A DNA stretch of 54,892 nt, taken from assembly GCA_964503545.1 (NCBI GenBank), contig CAZDAI010000002.1:1-54892 (forward strand), given 5' to 3'. This document shows positions 26,319 through 35,485 of this stretch, piece after piece. The position numbers and the translations under genes were made by a program. Position 1 is the first letter of the stretch; every line of letters starts with the position of its first letter. A model generated the notes under the pieces. It did no database searches. It was not told where the DNA came from and saw only the letters and a program-made list of their open reading frames with translations. Source of the stretch: an uncultured Candidatus Sumerlaeota bacterium. GTDB taxonomy: Bacteria; Bacillota; SLNR01.

Positions 26319-28715
26319 ATGAAGGGCCTGAACACATCCGAAGTCATCGAAAGGCGTAGAATGTATGGATCCAACACCATACCTGAACCTCGCCATCCGC
26401 TTATGAGGCTCTTTTTGCGCCAGTTTCAAGGAATATTTAACCTTCTGCTCCTGGCTGCGGCCATCATTGCCATTGTTCTCGGAGACACCATCGATGGTCT
26501 ATTCATTCTCTTCTTTGTCTTTTTAGGGGTAACGCTCAACGTTTACCAGGAATTCAAATCCAACATGGCAGCGGTCAAACTTAAATCCTATTTGAAGAAC
26601 ACCATCACCGTTCTGCGCGATGGGGCTGAGCAGGAAATTCCGACGGACGAACTGGTACCGGGAGATATCCTGAAACTGGAATCGGGGGATATTGTGCCTG
26701 CCGACGCCCAAATCATTGAGGCGACTGGATTGTTGGTGGATGAAACAGTTTTTACCGGTGAGAGTGTGCCTGTCCGCAAAGAAAGTGCAAGATCAACTGC
26801 AGGCGCTGAAGAGACGCTTAAGCTGCTGCAAGGTGTGGTGATTATTCGAGGAAATGCCTTTGCCGAAGTAACAGGGATTGGGACATCCACGCGCTTGTCC
26901 CAGATCGCAGCAACGGCTTCTGCAGTCCAGGGTGAGAGTGAATTAGTCAAGGGGATCGACAGGATCAGCGGATTTATCCTGAAGGCAACCATTACAACGC
27001 TGGCGTTTGTCGTTGGGGCGAATATCCTGATTCATCCGGGGGGAACATCGCCTGCAAAATTGCTAATCTTTGCGATCGCTTTAGCCGTATCAGTGATTCC
27101 GGAGGCTCTGCCGCTGGTTTTAACCTTCTCATTGTCCCGGGGTGCTTTGGAATTTGCCAAACGGGATGTGATTGTAAAACGATTGTCATCGGTTCAGGAT
27201 CTGGGATCGATTAATATGCTATGTTCGGATAAAACGGGCACGATTACGCAAAACCGCCTGGTACTTGTTGGTGCATTCACAAATGCCGATACCCTTTATT
27301 CTCCCTTACTATTGGCCAGACTCGCTGCTACTGGTCTTGGGGGGCGGATCCCAGAGCCGTTTGATCAAGCGATTGCGGATGCATGCACGGAGACAGAAAT
27401 TAATGCACTGGCGAACTATGTGACAGTAAGCGAGGAGGCATTCGATCCGGCAATTCGCAGCAACGGAGTGATATTGCATGATCATCAGGGAAATCAGCTG
27501 CACATTCGCAGAGGAAGTCCCGATTACTTTTCCAGTCTGAACTTACTAGCTCCCCAGGCGCTTGAATGGCTTGAACAAGAAGAAGCCAAAGGGCATCGTG
27601 TGCTAGGAGTGAGTTATGAAACTGCTGGGCAGAGGACATTTGCCGGATGGGTCTCCTTTAGGGATGCAATCAAGGAAACCACTTTTGATACCCTAAAAGC
27701 TGCGGCAGCAATGAATGTTAAAATCACCCTCGTAACGGGGGATGCACTTAAGGTGGCATATGCAGTTGCCCAGGAAGTGGGGTTAGTCGGAAAAGCTGAG
27801 GAAGTCATTGAGGCAAAGAGGTTTCTTGCGCTACCTCCTGGGGAACAGCAGGAACGGGCTGGACAGATTCGTGTTTTTGCCCGGACAACTCCTGAAGAGA
27901 AGCTGGAATTGATTCAATTGCTTAATAAACAGTATACGGTTGGTTTTCTGGGAGAAGGAATCAATGATGCACCGGCCTTAAAAGCTGCTCATGTATCCAT
28001 GGTGGTCCAGTCTGCGGCGGATGTTGCAAGGGAAACGGCGGATATTATTCTCTTGCAGAATGATCTGCGCGTTATTGTTGACGGAATCAGACTAGGCCGA
28101 GAGACCCATGCAAACACCATGAAATATATTCGGGCTACACTCGTGTCCAACTTCGGAAATTTTTACGCGGTGGCAATGGGATCCTTGCTGGTCAGCTTTT
28201 TGCCGATGCTGCCGAAACAGTTGCTGCTCTTAAACCTGCTTTCTGACTTTCCGATGATGGCCATTGCTTTCGACCGGGTAACACCATTGGAAGTTGCGTA
28301 CCCTCAGCGATACGATTTTCGTGTGCTGTACATCACATTCATCACTTTAGGGCTGGTTAGCACGATCTTTGATTTTGTGTATTTTGCTCTTTTCTTTCGG
28401 ATTTCACCAGAGGTGTTGCAAACCAACTGGTTTATCGCCAGCGTTATAACAGAGTTGCTGTTGGTTTTTTCAATTCGCTCCTCACTCCCCATCCAGAAAG
28501 CGGGTAAGCCTGCCCCCCTGGTGCTGGGATTGTCTGCTGGCGCAATCGTGCTGACAATCTTGTTACCGCTGATCCCCTGGAGTGCGCGCTTCTTTGAGTT
28601 TGTCAGACCAACCGCTCAGCACTTGCTGATCATCCTCGGCCTGGCGCTACTGTATTTGTTTTCTACAGAAATTGCCAAGCGTTCCCTGTATCGGTTGCTT
28701 AATCATTCAGAATAG
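26319..28715 (+). CDS. Cation-transporting P-type ATPase (HAD-IC family), substrate unassigned
   Basis: TGES (VFTGESVPV). Phosphorylation motif CSDKTGTITQN. Hinge GEGINDAPALKAAHV. Confidence 0.9.
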   Translation: MKGLNTSEVIERRRMYGSNTIPEPRHPLMRLFLRQFQGIFNLLLLAAAIIAIVLGDTIDGLFILFFVFLGVTLNVYQEFKSNMAAVKLKSYLKNTITVLRDGAEQEIPTDELVPGDILKLESGDIVPADAQIIEATGLLVDETVFTGESVPVRKESARSTAGAEETLKLLQGVVIIRGNAFAEVTGIGTSTRLSQIAATASAVQGESELVKGIDRISGFILKATITTLAFVVGANILIHPGGTSPAKLLIFAIALAVSVIPEALPLVLTFSLSRGALEFAKRDVIVKRLSSVQDLGSINMLCSDKTGTITQNRLVLVGAFTNADTLYSPLLLARLAATGLGGRIPEPFDQAIADACTETEINALANYVTVSEEAFDPAIRSNGVILHDHQGNQLHIRRGSPDYFSSLNLLAPQALEWLEQEEAKGHRVLGVSYETAGQRTFAGWVSFRDAIKETTFDTLKAAAAMNVKITLVTGDALKVAYAVAQEVGLVGKAEEVIEAKRFLALPPGEQQERAGQIRVFARTTPEEKLELIQLLNKQYTVGFLGEGINDAPALKAAHVSMVVQSAADVARETADIILLQNDLRVIVDGIRLGRETHANTMKYIRATLVSNFGNFYAVAMGSLLVSFLPMLPKQLLLLNLLSDFPMMAIAFDRVTPLEVAYPQRYDFRVLYITFITLGLVSTIFDFVYFALFFRISPEVLQTNWFIASVITELLLVFSIRSSLPIQKAGKPAPLVLGLSAGAIVLTILLPLIPWSARFFEFVRPTAQHLLIILGLALLYLFSTEIAKRSLYRLLNHSE

Positions 28716-28901
28716 GCGATGCTCATGGAACGAAATGATGCATGCTGCATTGGCGCTATACCCTGCTGTCGGTGGTTGGGTTGATGGCTCGAAGTTTTCA
28801 GTTTCCATCATGTTATCTATCTCTTTTTTGCATAGTCACATTTTATCAGAATACATTCACCATAACATAATCACAGAATTATCCAACAAAAAGAATCGTG
28901 C

Positions 28902-28930
28902 TTGACAAGCGTCCATGGAATCCATATAAT
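28902..28930 (+). promoter_or_regulatory. Sigma-A type promoter
   Basis: TTGACA (28902-28907), 17-nt spacer, TATAAT (28925-28930). Confidence 0.8.
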
Positions 28931-28954
28931 ATCGCTTAACAGCTCAATATAAGA

Positions 28955-29178
28955 TTCCGATGAAAGAGACCAGTACCACGGTGTTTTCTTCCAGAGAGCC
29001 GGCGGCAGGTGCGAGGCGGCAGAAAAACGATGGGAATCCACTCTCAAGGAGCCAGCCGAAATCATAAGGCAGACGGGACTGCCCGTTACAGCAGACTGAG
29101 TTGGACAGGTTTTTCCTGTCAACCAGGGTGGCAACGCGGCACTGATCCGTCCCTGTTTGGGGCGGATTCTGATTTTTT
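28955..29178 (+). promoter_or_regulatory. T-box riboswitch (complete), specifier UCC = Ser
   Basis: GAUGA, AGUA, AGAGAG, distal GGUGCGA. Specifier loop GAA-UCC-A (UCC 29037-29039). F-box CCGUUA. Stem III GACAGG/CCUGUC. AACCAGGGUGGCAACGCGG (UGGC fits G73). Terminator AUCCGUCCC/GGGGCGGAU plus a U-run. Confidence 0.85.
29066..29095 (+). repeat. 30-nt direct repeat, copy 1 (contains T-box F-box CCGTTA)
   Basis: AAGGCAGACGGGACTGCCCGTTACAGCAGA, identical to 29185-29214. Confidence 0.95.
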
Positions 29179-29182
29179 ATGA

Positions 29183-29297
29183 GCAAGGCAGACGGGACTG
29201 CCCGTTACAGCAGAAGAGAGGGCATGGAAATGTCAAACAGGGTGGCACCGCGAATAACCTTCGTCCCTGCAGAAATGTAGGGTGAAGGTTTTTTTGT
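29183..29297 (+). promoter_or_regulatory. Second, Stem-I-less T-box module (F-box segment, short stem, T-box sequence, terminator)
   Basis: ACAGGGUGGCACCGCG (29238-29253). Antiterminator pairing GGG/CCC and CGAA/UUCG. Terminator CCUUCGUCC/GGGUGAAGG plus U7 (29258-29295). Confidence 0.7.
29185..29214 (+). repeat. 30-nt direct repeat, copy 2
   Basis: 30/30 identity with 29066-29095, offset 119 nt. Confidence 0.95.
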
Positions 29298-29323
29298 TGC
29301 CATCCAACGGGGAGGGATTGTCG

Positions 29324-30481
29324 ATGAGAAAAGAAGTTTTAATGATTCCTGGTCCGACACCGGTGCCACCGGTGGTATTGGCCGCTATGACGAAACCCAT
29401 GATCAGCCATCGGGGGCTGGCGTTTCGCCAGCTTTTCGGACGGATTCAGGACGGGTTGCAGGCAGTGTTTCAAACCCAGGGAGAAGTGCTGGTGTTCCCT
29501 GCTGCAGGTACGGGGGCGATGGAAGCTGTGCTGGTCAATCTGTTTTCTGACGGGGATCGCCTGTTGGGCATCCAGACCGGTGAATTTGGCAGTCGGTTTG
29601 CCAAAATGGGTGAAGCATTTGGTTTGCAGGTGGATACCATGGTAACAGAACCGGGGCAAGGTTTGGATCCTGAAGCTGTCATTATGCAATTGGATCGTGC
29701 TGGAGTAAACCCATATCAGGGAGTGCTGGTGACTCACAATGAAACATCCACCGGGGTGTGCAATGACATAAAGGCATTGGGCGCTGCCTGCCGAAAGCGG
29801 GATCTTCTCCTGATAGTCGATGGGGTCAGTTCTGTGGGCGGCCTGCCGTTGGCCATGGATGAATGGGGGTTGGATGCTGTGATCACTGCATCCCAAAAAG
29901 CACTGATGACCCCACCGGGTTTGGCGATGGTTGCTTTGAGCGAGCGAGCCTGGCAAAAAACCGGGCAGTCAGACCTGCCCCGTGCTTACTGGGATTTGAC
30001 CGTGGCCCGGGCTGCATCCCACAAGGGGCAGACACCGTACACACCGGCCTTGTCGTTGCTTTATGCACTGGATCAAGCCTTGGCATTGATTTTGGCTGAA
30101 GGGTTATATGATCGCTGGCAGCGCCATGCTGCCTATGGCAAAGCGGTTCGAGCCGGGATTGCGGCAATGGGGCTGAGCACAGTAGCCCAGCTGCCTTATG
30201 CTTCGGATACGGTGACTGCTGTTTGGATTCCAGAAACACCGGGTGCGGACTGGGTGCGCCGAACCATGGCAGAAAACCATGCTGTAACAGTTGCCGGCGG
30301 ACAGGGAGACCTGTCAGGCAAAGTGATTCGCATTGGCCACATGGGGTATGTATCATGGGACGATATTCTAACAACCATTACGGCGCTGGCTGACAGCCTG
30401 CCCGGCAGGGAACATTATCCCATGGACCCTGTTGAAGCCGTCCGAGAAATTATGCGCAAAGAAGAGGTGAGCACAGAATGA
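29324..30481 (+). CDS. Class V aminotransferase (phosphoserine / serine-glyoxylate aminotransferase type)
   Basis: ATG 29324 after GGGGAGGG. MIPGPTPVPP N-terminus. Sits behind a Ser T-box and before serA. Confidence 0.85.
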   Translation: MRKEVLMIPGPTPVPPVVLAAMTKPMISHRGLAFRQLFGRIQDGLQAVFQTQGEVLVFPAAGTGAMEAVLVNLFSDGDRLLGIQTGEFGSRFAKMGEAFGLQVDTMVTEPGQGLDPEAVIMQLDRAGVNPYQGVLVTHNETSTGVCNDIKALGAACRKRDLLLIVDGVSSVGGLPLAMDEWGLDAVITASQKALMTPPGLAMVALSERAWQKTGQSDLPRAYWDLTVARAASHKGQTPYTPALSLLYALDQALALILAEGLYDRWQRHAAYGKAVRAGIAAMGLSTVAQLPYASDTVTAVWIPETPGADWVRRTMAENHAVTVAGGQGDLSGKVIRIGHMGYVSWDDILTTITALADSLPGREHYPMDPVEAVREIMRKEEVSTE

Positions 30482-32061
30482 AAGTGATTATAACAGAACC
30501 CATTGTCAATAAAGGGGTGGATCTGCTGGAACAGGAAGGCTGCCAGGTGGTCTGTGCCGATAACATACCCCGGGAGGAACTCCTGGAGATTATCCATCAG
30601 TTCGATGGGCTGATTGTACGCAGCTACACCATGGTGGATGAAGAGCTGCTTTCGAAGGCCACGCGCCTGAAAGTGGTGGGGCGGGCCGGTAACGGCATCG
30701 ACAACATCGATCTAGACAGTGCTACTCGCCATGGAGTAATTGTCACCAATAATCCAGATGGGAACAGTGTGTCAGCAGCAGAACATACCATTGGACTAAT
30801 TTTAGCCCAGTGCCGCAATATCCCCCAAGCATCGGCCCATATGCGGGAAGGGGGCTGGAAGAAAAAGCAGTTTGAAGGAATTGAACTCTTTGGAAAAACC
30901 GTAGGCGTAATCGGTCTGGGCCGGATCGGTGCACTGGTAGCCCAGCGTCTACAAGGCTTTGGTTGCCGGATCATTGCCTACGATCCATACATAGCAACGG
31001 ACCGGTTTGAAAAGATCGGTGTTGAGGCAAAGGAGAATTTGACAGATCTGCTCCAGGAAGCCCAGATCCTGACCGTGCATACACCCCGAACCGATGAAAC
31101 ATACGGAATGATCGGGAGTGAAGAATTTGCCCAAATGCCGGATGGTGTTCGAGTCGTTAATTGCGCTCGGGGCGGCATCATCGATGAAGATGCCTTGTAT
31201 GATGCCCTGGTAGATGGGAAGGTTGCCAGTGCTGCTCTAGATGTATTTGATGTGGAGCCGGTCCATGGGCACAAACTCTTTGATTTGCCTCAGGTTACAA
31301 TGACCGCCCACATGGGAGCAGCTACGGTGGAAGCACAGGAAACGCTGGGTGTCAGTATTGCCCAGCAGGTTCTTTATGCCATGAAGGGCGAAATGGTAAC
31401 CAATGCGGTTAACCTGCCGTCACTGCCGACGCGAGAACTGGCTGCGCTACGGCCTTATGCTCAGCTGGCCGAGGAGATGGGAAAGGTATATTTTCAGCTG
31501 CAGCCCGGCCGAATTCGGGAGGTGGAGGTTATTGCCGGTGGTGAGTTGAGTCAGAAGGATACCCGGATGTTGACGCTGGCCTTTCTAAAAGGGATGCTGG
31601 AAGTGATTCTCAAAGAAAGGGTTAATTATGTCAATGCGCCCATTCTGGCAGACAACATGGGTATTCGGGTAATTGATGGTAGAGAGGGCCAAGCTGGCGA
31701 CTATCCCAATCTGCTTAGAATCCGGGTGGATAGTGATCGGGGCGAGGCAAGTCTGGCCGGGACTGTTTTCGGCCGCGCGGATGGTCGAATTGTGGAGATT
31801 ATGGGGTACAAAGTGGATATTTCTCCCAGCCGTTTCATGCTGTTTGTGGAAAATATAGATCAACCCGGTGTCATCGGTGCAGTAGGAACTCTGCTAGGCT
31901 ATCACCGGATCAACATTGCTTCCATGCAGGTGGGCAGACGCCAGGAAGGGCGGGAAGCCTTGATGATCTTGAATGTGGACAATCCGGTGGGGAAAGAAGA
32001 ACAGCAGGCCATTGAAGCCATACCTGGTATTACCGGAGTGCGCTTTATCCGCTTATCCTGA
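30478..32061 (+). CDS. serA: D-3-phosphoglycerate dehydrogenase, long form with C-terminal ACT domain
   Basis: ATGA overlap with the upstream gene. NAD motif GVIGLGRIG. 527 aa. C-terminal ACT-like region. Confidence 0.9.
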   Translation: MKVIITEPIVNKGVDLLEQEGCQVVCADNIPREELLEIIHQFDGLIVRSYTMVDEELLSKATRLKVVGRAGNGIDNIDLDSATRHGVIVTNNPDGNSVSAAEHTIGLILAQCRNIPQASAHMREGGWKKKQFEGIELFGKTVGVIGLGRIGALVAQRLQGFGCRIIAYDPYIATDRFEKIGVEAKENLTDLLQEAQILTVHTPRTDETYGMIGSEEFAQMPDGVRVVNCARGGIIDEDALYDALVDGKVASAALDVFDVEPVHGHKLFDLPQVTMTAHMGAATVEAQETLGVSIAQQVLYAMKGEMVTNAVNLPSLPTRELAALRPYAQLAEEMGKVYFQLQPGRIREVEVIAGGELSQKDTRMLTLAFLKGMLEVILKERVNYVNAPILADNMGIRVIDGREGQAGDYPNLLRIRVDSDRGEASLAGTVFGRADGRIVEIMGYKVDISPSRFMLFVENIDQPGVIGAVGTLLGYHRINIASMQVGRRQEGREALMILNVDNPVGKEEQQAIEAIPGITGVRFIRLS

Positions 32062-32074
32062 GGAGGTGTTTCGA

Positions 32075-32872
32075 ATGAACGAACGTTTTGGTTATGCTGC
32101 CACGTCAGGACAGGGTGGGATGGAAGGGGCGCTGGATTTTGCCACTCGCCATCAACTGAGTTGGGTGGAATTGAGTCTGAATCTGCCAGAATTCTTCCCG
32201 GAAGCCATGACGGCGGCACAGTGGATTAAAGTGGGCGAGGAAGCAGCGTCTCGCAAACTGGGGCTGACAGCTCATGCACCAGAAGACATATCTCTGATTC
32301 ACCTCCACGAGCCTATGCGTCGGGTTGGGTTGGAGCGCCTGAAAGAAATCATGGACTGGGCACACGTGGTGGGTGTCAGTCGGCTCACGGTGCATATTGG
32401 TACCAGTGTCTATTTTACCCTTCCCCAGGGACGCCAGTATCTCCATCAAGTGTACCCGGAGCGATTCCGTGAGATTCTGCGCAATTCGCTGGCGGAACTG
32501 CGGGATTATGCTGCCGGACGTGTGCTGTTGTGTGTGGAGAATGTCCAATACTTCGGGCCTCTGGTTGTGCAGGAGGTACTGTCTGAGCTCCTGCCCCAGG
32601 GAGGACTGTGGCTGACCTGGGATTGGGGGCACTCCTACGGTGATCCGGAGCAGGCAGCCTTTATGCAAAGAAATGTCCAGTATGTCCGCAATTGCCACGT
32701 CCATGATCATAACGGCAGACAGGACCATCTGGTGGTAGGCGATGGCGCTTTGAATTTTGCTGACCATCTAAACCATGTACGAGATTTGGATTGCCCCCTG
32801 ATTTTTGAAGTAAGGCCACGGGAAAAAGCGGTGGCTTCCCGGGATCGTTTTCAGCAATTGGCAGGCATTTAG
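32075..32872 (+). CDS. Xylose-isomerase-like TIM-barrel protein (sugar phosphate isomerase/epimerase family)
   Basis: ATG 32075, 8 nt after GGAGG and 14 nt after the serA stop. Family-like HxH..D..G pattern near the C-terminus. Confidence 0.6.
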   Translation: MNERFGYAATSGQGGMEGALDFATRHQLSWVELSLNLPEFFPEAMTAAQWIKVGEEAASRKLGLTAHAPEDISLIHLHEPMRRVGLERLKEIMDWAHVVGVSRLTVHIGTSVYFTLPQGRQYLHQVYPERFREILRNSLAELRDYAAGRVLLCVENVQYFGPLVVQEVLSELLPQGGLWLTWDWGHSYGDPEQAAFMQRNVQYVRNCHVHDHNGRQDHLVVGDGALNFADHLNHVRDLDCPLIFEVRPREKAVASRDRFQQLAGI

Positions 32873-32923
32873 CCGACCTGTCAGGCAGGAAATTGTCAGA
32901 CAATGGAGAAGAAGGAAAAGCCG

Positions 32924-32951
32924 GAAGCTGCCAGCAGGCAGCTTCTGTTTT
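32924..32951 (+). terminator. Rho-independent terminator
   Basis: GAAGCTGCC-AGCA-GGCAGCTTC followed by TGTTTT. Confidence 0.75.
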
Positions 32952-32991
32952 AGAGCGGTAGAAGGGAGGGAGCCTGGGATCAGGCGAGCAT

Positions 32992-33198
32992 ATGGCAACA
33001 GTCAAAGTACATAAAGTTAAGTGCCAGTTCTGCGATGCAGCTTCCATTGTGCTGGTGGATGCAGAGATTTGTCCGAAGTGCTGCCAGTACGGGTATCTGG
33101 AATGGGAAGCCGGCACTGCCGATCAGGTATTTGAAGTGGATGAAGCGGACGTGGAGATTGCTTCAGAAGAGGAAGAACTCCTCAAGGGTAATGAGTAA
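32992..33198 (+). CDS. Small zinc-ribbon protein with acidic tail
   Basis: 68 aa. CQFC-x14-CPKC. C-terminal E/D-rich tail. Weak RBS. Confidence 0.45.
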   Translation: MATVKVHKVKCQFCDAASIVLVDAEICPKCCQYGYLEWEAGTADQVFEVDEADVEIASEEEELLKGNE

Positions 33199-33278
33199 GG
33201 CCAAGGGCTTGAGGCAGGATATCATGGCGGAGGGAAGAATACATAAACTGGCAGAATAACCGACAAAGGAGTGGTCGT

Positions 33279-34439
33279 ATGGAGCGGAACAGTCTGATTC
33301 AACTCTGTCAGGAACTGATTCGCGCATCCAGTGTTTCCGGCGCTGAGGAAGCAGCTGCAGCAGTTGCGGTTGATTTCATGAAGAATGCTGGCTTTGATGA
33401 TGTCTGGACCGATCGTTATGGCAGTGTGGTTGGCCGCATCCGCGGGCAAGGCAAGGGGATTTCAGTTCTTTTTGACGGACATCTGGATACAGTACCGGTC
33501 AGCAGCCCGGATGCATGGCATTACGATCCCTTTGGTGGAGAGATCGCCGATCAGCGGATATACGGGCGCGGCGCATCAGACATGAAGGGTGCTGTAGCGG
33601 CCATGCTGATTGCCCTGGCAGAGATCAGTCGGGCACCGGAGCGTCCAGTAGGGGATCTGTACTTTTGCGGTTCAGTTCAGGAGGAAGTATTCGAAGGTAT
33701 CGGGTTGGGCGAAGTTCTGCAGGATGTACGACCAGATTGTGTCATTATCGGTGAAGCATCGGAACTCAACCTGAAAATCGGCCAACGTGGCCGGGCCGAG
33801 ATTTGCCTGGAAGCACGCGGGCGAACAGCCCATTCAGCTAACCCGCAAAAGGGTATCAATGCGGTTTACCGGATCATGCCCGGGATCGAGGCGCTGCGAA
33901 GTATGGCACTGCCAAGTCATCCAGTGCTGGGTCCTGGGATTATCGAATTGACGGATATTATCTCTGCGCCTTATCCTGGGGCATCCGTTGTCCCCGAGCT
34001 TTGCCGGACCACCTGGGACCGGCGCTTGCTGGTGGGTGAAACGGAAGCATCGGTAATTGAAGAGATTGCCGGCAGACTGCCGGAAGATACTGCTGCCTTC
34101 GTAGTAGAGGCAGGTGCCCTTTGCTACACGGGAGAAATGATGTCCGGCACCCGGTTTTTCCCGGCCTGGTTGATGCCGGAAACCCATCCCCTAGTCATTA
34201 CTGCACAGCAGGCTCTGGCGAACATCGGACTGCCGGCCCGTTTGGATACCTATTCGTTTTGTACCAACGGCAGTATGAGCGCCGGGATGATGGGTATTCC
34301 GACACTGGGTTTTGGACCTTCCCGGGAAGATCAGGCCCATGTGGTGGATGAATATATCTTAATTGAGGAGTTGGAGAAAGCCGCTCAGGGCTATTTTGGC
34401 TTGGCTCGGAATTTGACCCAACTGCGAAAGGAGTGGTAA
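33279..34439 (+). CDS. M20-family metallohydrolase, YgeY-like
   Basis: AAGGAG RBS. Collinear with E. coli YgeY as I recall it (GRGASDMKG, VQEE, GQRGR.EI, DRRL..GET, FCTNG, GFGP..E..AH). Confidence 0.7.
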   Translation: MERNSLIQLCQELIRASSVSGAEEAAAAVAVDFMKNAGFDDVWTDRYGSVVGRIRGQGKGISVLFDGHLDTVPVSSPDAWHYDPFGGEIADQRIYGRGASDMKGAVAAMLIALAEISRAPERPVGDLYFCGSVQEEVFEGIGLGEVLQDVRPDCVIIGEASELNLKIGQRGRAEICLEARGRTAHSANPQKGINAVYRIMPGIEALRSMALPSHPVLGPGIIELTDIISAPYPGASVVPELCRTTWDRRLLVGETEASVIEEIAGRLPEDTAAFVVEAGALCYTGEMMSGTRFFPAWLMPETHPLVITAQQALANIGLPARLDTYSFCTNGSMSAGMMGIPTLGFGPSREDQAHVVDEYILIEELEKAAQGYFGLARNLTQLRKEW

Positions 34440-34440
34440 T

Positions 34441-35451
34441 GTGGATAGTTACTCTGCTGACTACATTGTGAAGCTAAAAGGGGTGGCTGAGAAACGTAGC
34501 AAAGTGGAAGCCACGATGGATGGTGTGATTGCCAAAGGCATTAATCAGGTGTATCTGGTGGGATGCGGCGGGTCACTGGCCGTAATGTACCCTGGAAAGT
34601 ATTTGATTGACCGTTATCTGCCAGGGATGCAGGCCCATGTTTATCAGAGTCGGGAATTTACCTTGGTAGCACCCCGAAATGTGGGGAAGAAGTCGCTGGT
34701 CATTGTCGCTTCCCATTCAGGCGGCACGGCGGAAACCTTGGAAGCAGCTGAGTTTGCCCATGAACGGGGCGCTGTAACCATTGGTTTTTGCCGGGATGCT
34801 GATTCGAAACTGAGTGAGAAAGTTGATTTCTGTTTTAGTTACAACAGTGAAAACGGTATTACCGAGTCGAAGATGATGTTTCTCTATATGATCCTTTTCA
34901 AACTAATCAAGGCAGGTAATGAGCAGTTCCCTTACAGCACGGCCATGGAAGGGATCCGGCTGCTGCCTGATGCCCTGACCGGCCTGCGCCTCAGTGAAGA
35001 GAAAGCTGGAATGGCATTTGCCGAAGCCCACAAAAATGAGCAAACCATTTACACAGTGTCCGGCGGTCCCGTTTTCGGAATCGGCTATGCGTACGCCATC
35101 TGCATTCTGCTGGAGATGCAGTGGATCAGTTCCGCCCCATTCCACAGCGGTGACTTTTTCCACGGACCTTTTGAAATCATTGAAAAACATGTACCCATGA
35201 TTCTGTTGATGGGAGAAGATGCTACTCGGCCCATGGCTCAGCGAGTCAAGGATTTTGCGCAAAAATATACAGACAAACTGACGGTGATCGACAGCAAGAA
35301 TTATGAACTGCCTGGCATCGAGGAAGAAGTGCGGGGACTCTTCTCTCCCTTTGTCTGCTGGACGGTGCTGTACCGTTATGCACAGTGTTTGGAAATCGTC
35401 AGGGATCATTCTCTGGATTTGCGGCGCTACATGGGAGTGGTGGATTACTAG
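34441..35451 (+). CDS. frlB: SIS-domain fructosamine-6-phosphate deglycase-like protein
   Basis: GTG start 1 nt after the upstream stop. Two SIS halves. The C-terminus RRYMGVVDY matches E. coli FrlB RRYYGGLVEY (from memory). Confidence 0.7.
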   Translation: MDSYSADYIVKLKGVAEKRSKVEATMDGVIAKGINQVYLVGCGGSLAVMYPGKYLIDRYLPGMQAHVYQSREFTLVAPRNVGKKSLVIVASHSGGTAETLEAAEFAHERGAVTIGFCRDADSKLSEKVDFCFSYNSENGITESKMMFLYMILFKLIKAGNEQFPYSTAMEGIRLLPDALTGLRLSEEKAGMAFAEAHKNEQTIYTVSGGPVFGIGYAYAICILLEMQWISSAPFHSGDFFHGPFEIIEKHVPMILLMGEDATRPMAQRVKDFAQKYTDKLTVIDSKNYELPGIEEEVRGLFSPFVCWTVLYRYAQCLEIVRDHSLDLRRYMGVVDY

Positions 35452-35485
35452 ACAATGCAAATGATTGAAAAGCGGAGGGAAGCCC

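Noticed and set aside
25775-26380. 201-aa minus-strand ORF spanning the ZIP/ATPase spacer
   Set aside because: It overlaps the coding ends of both neighbours in antisense. Its composition is rich in C, H and F, and I saw no RBS or family resemblance.
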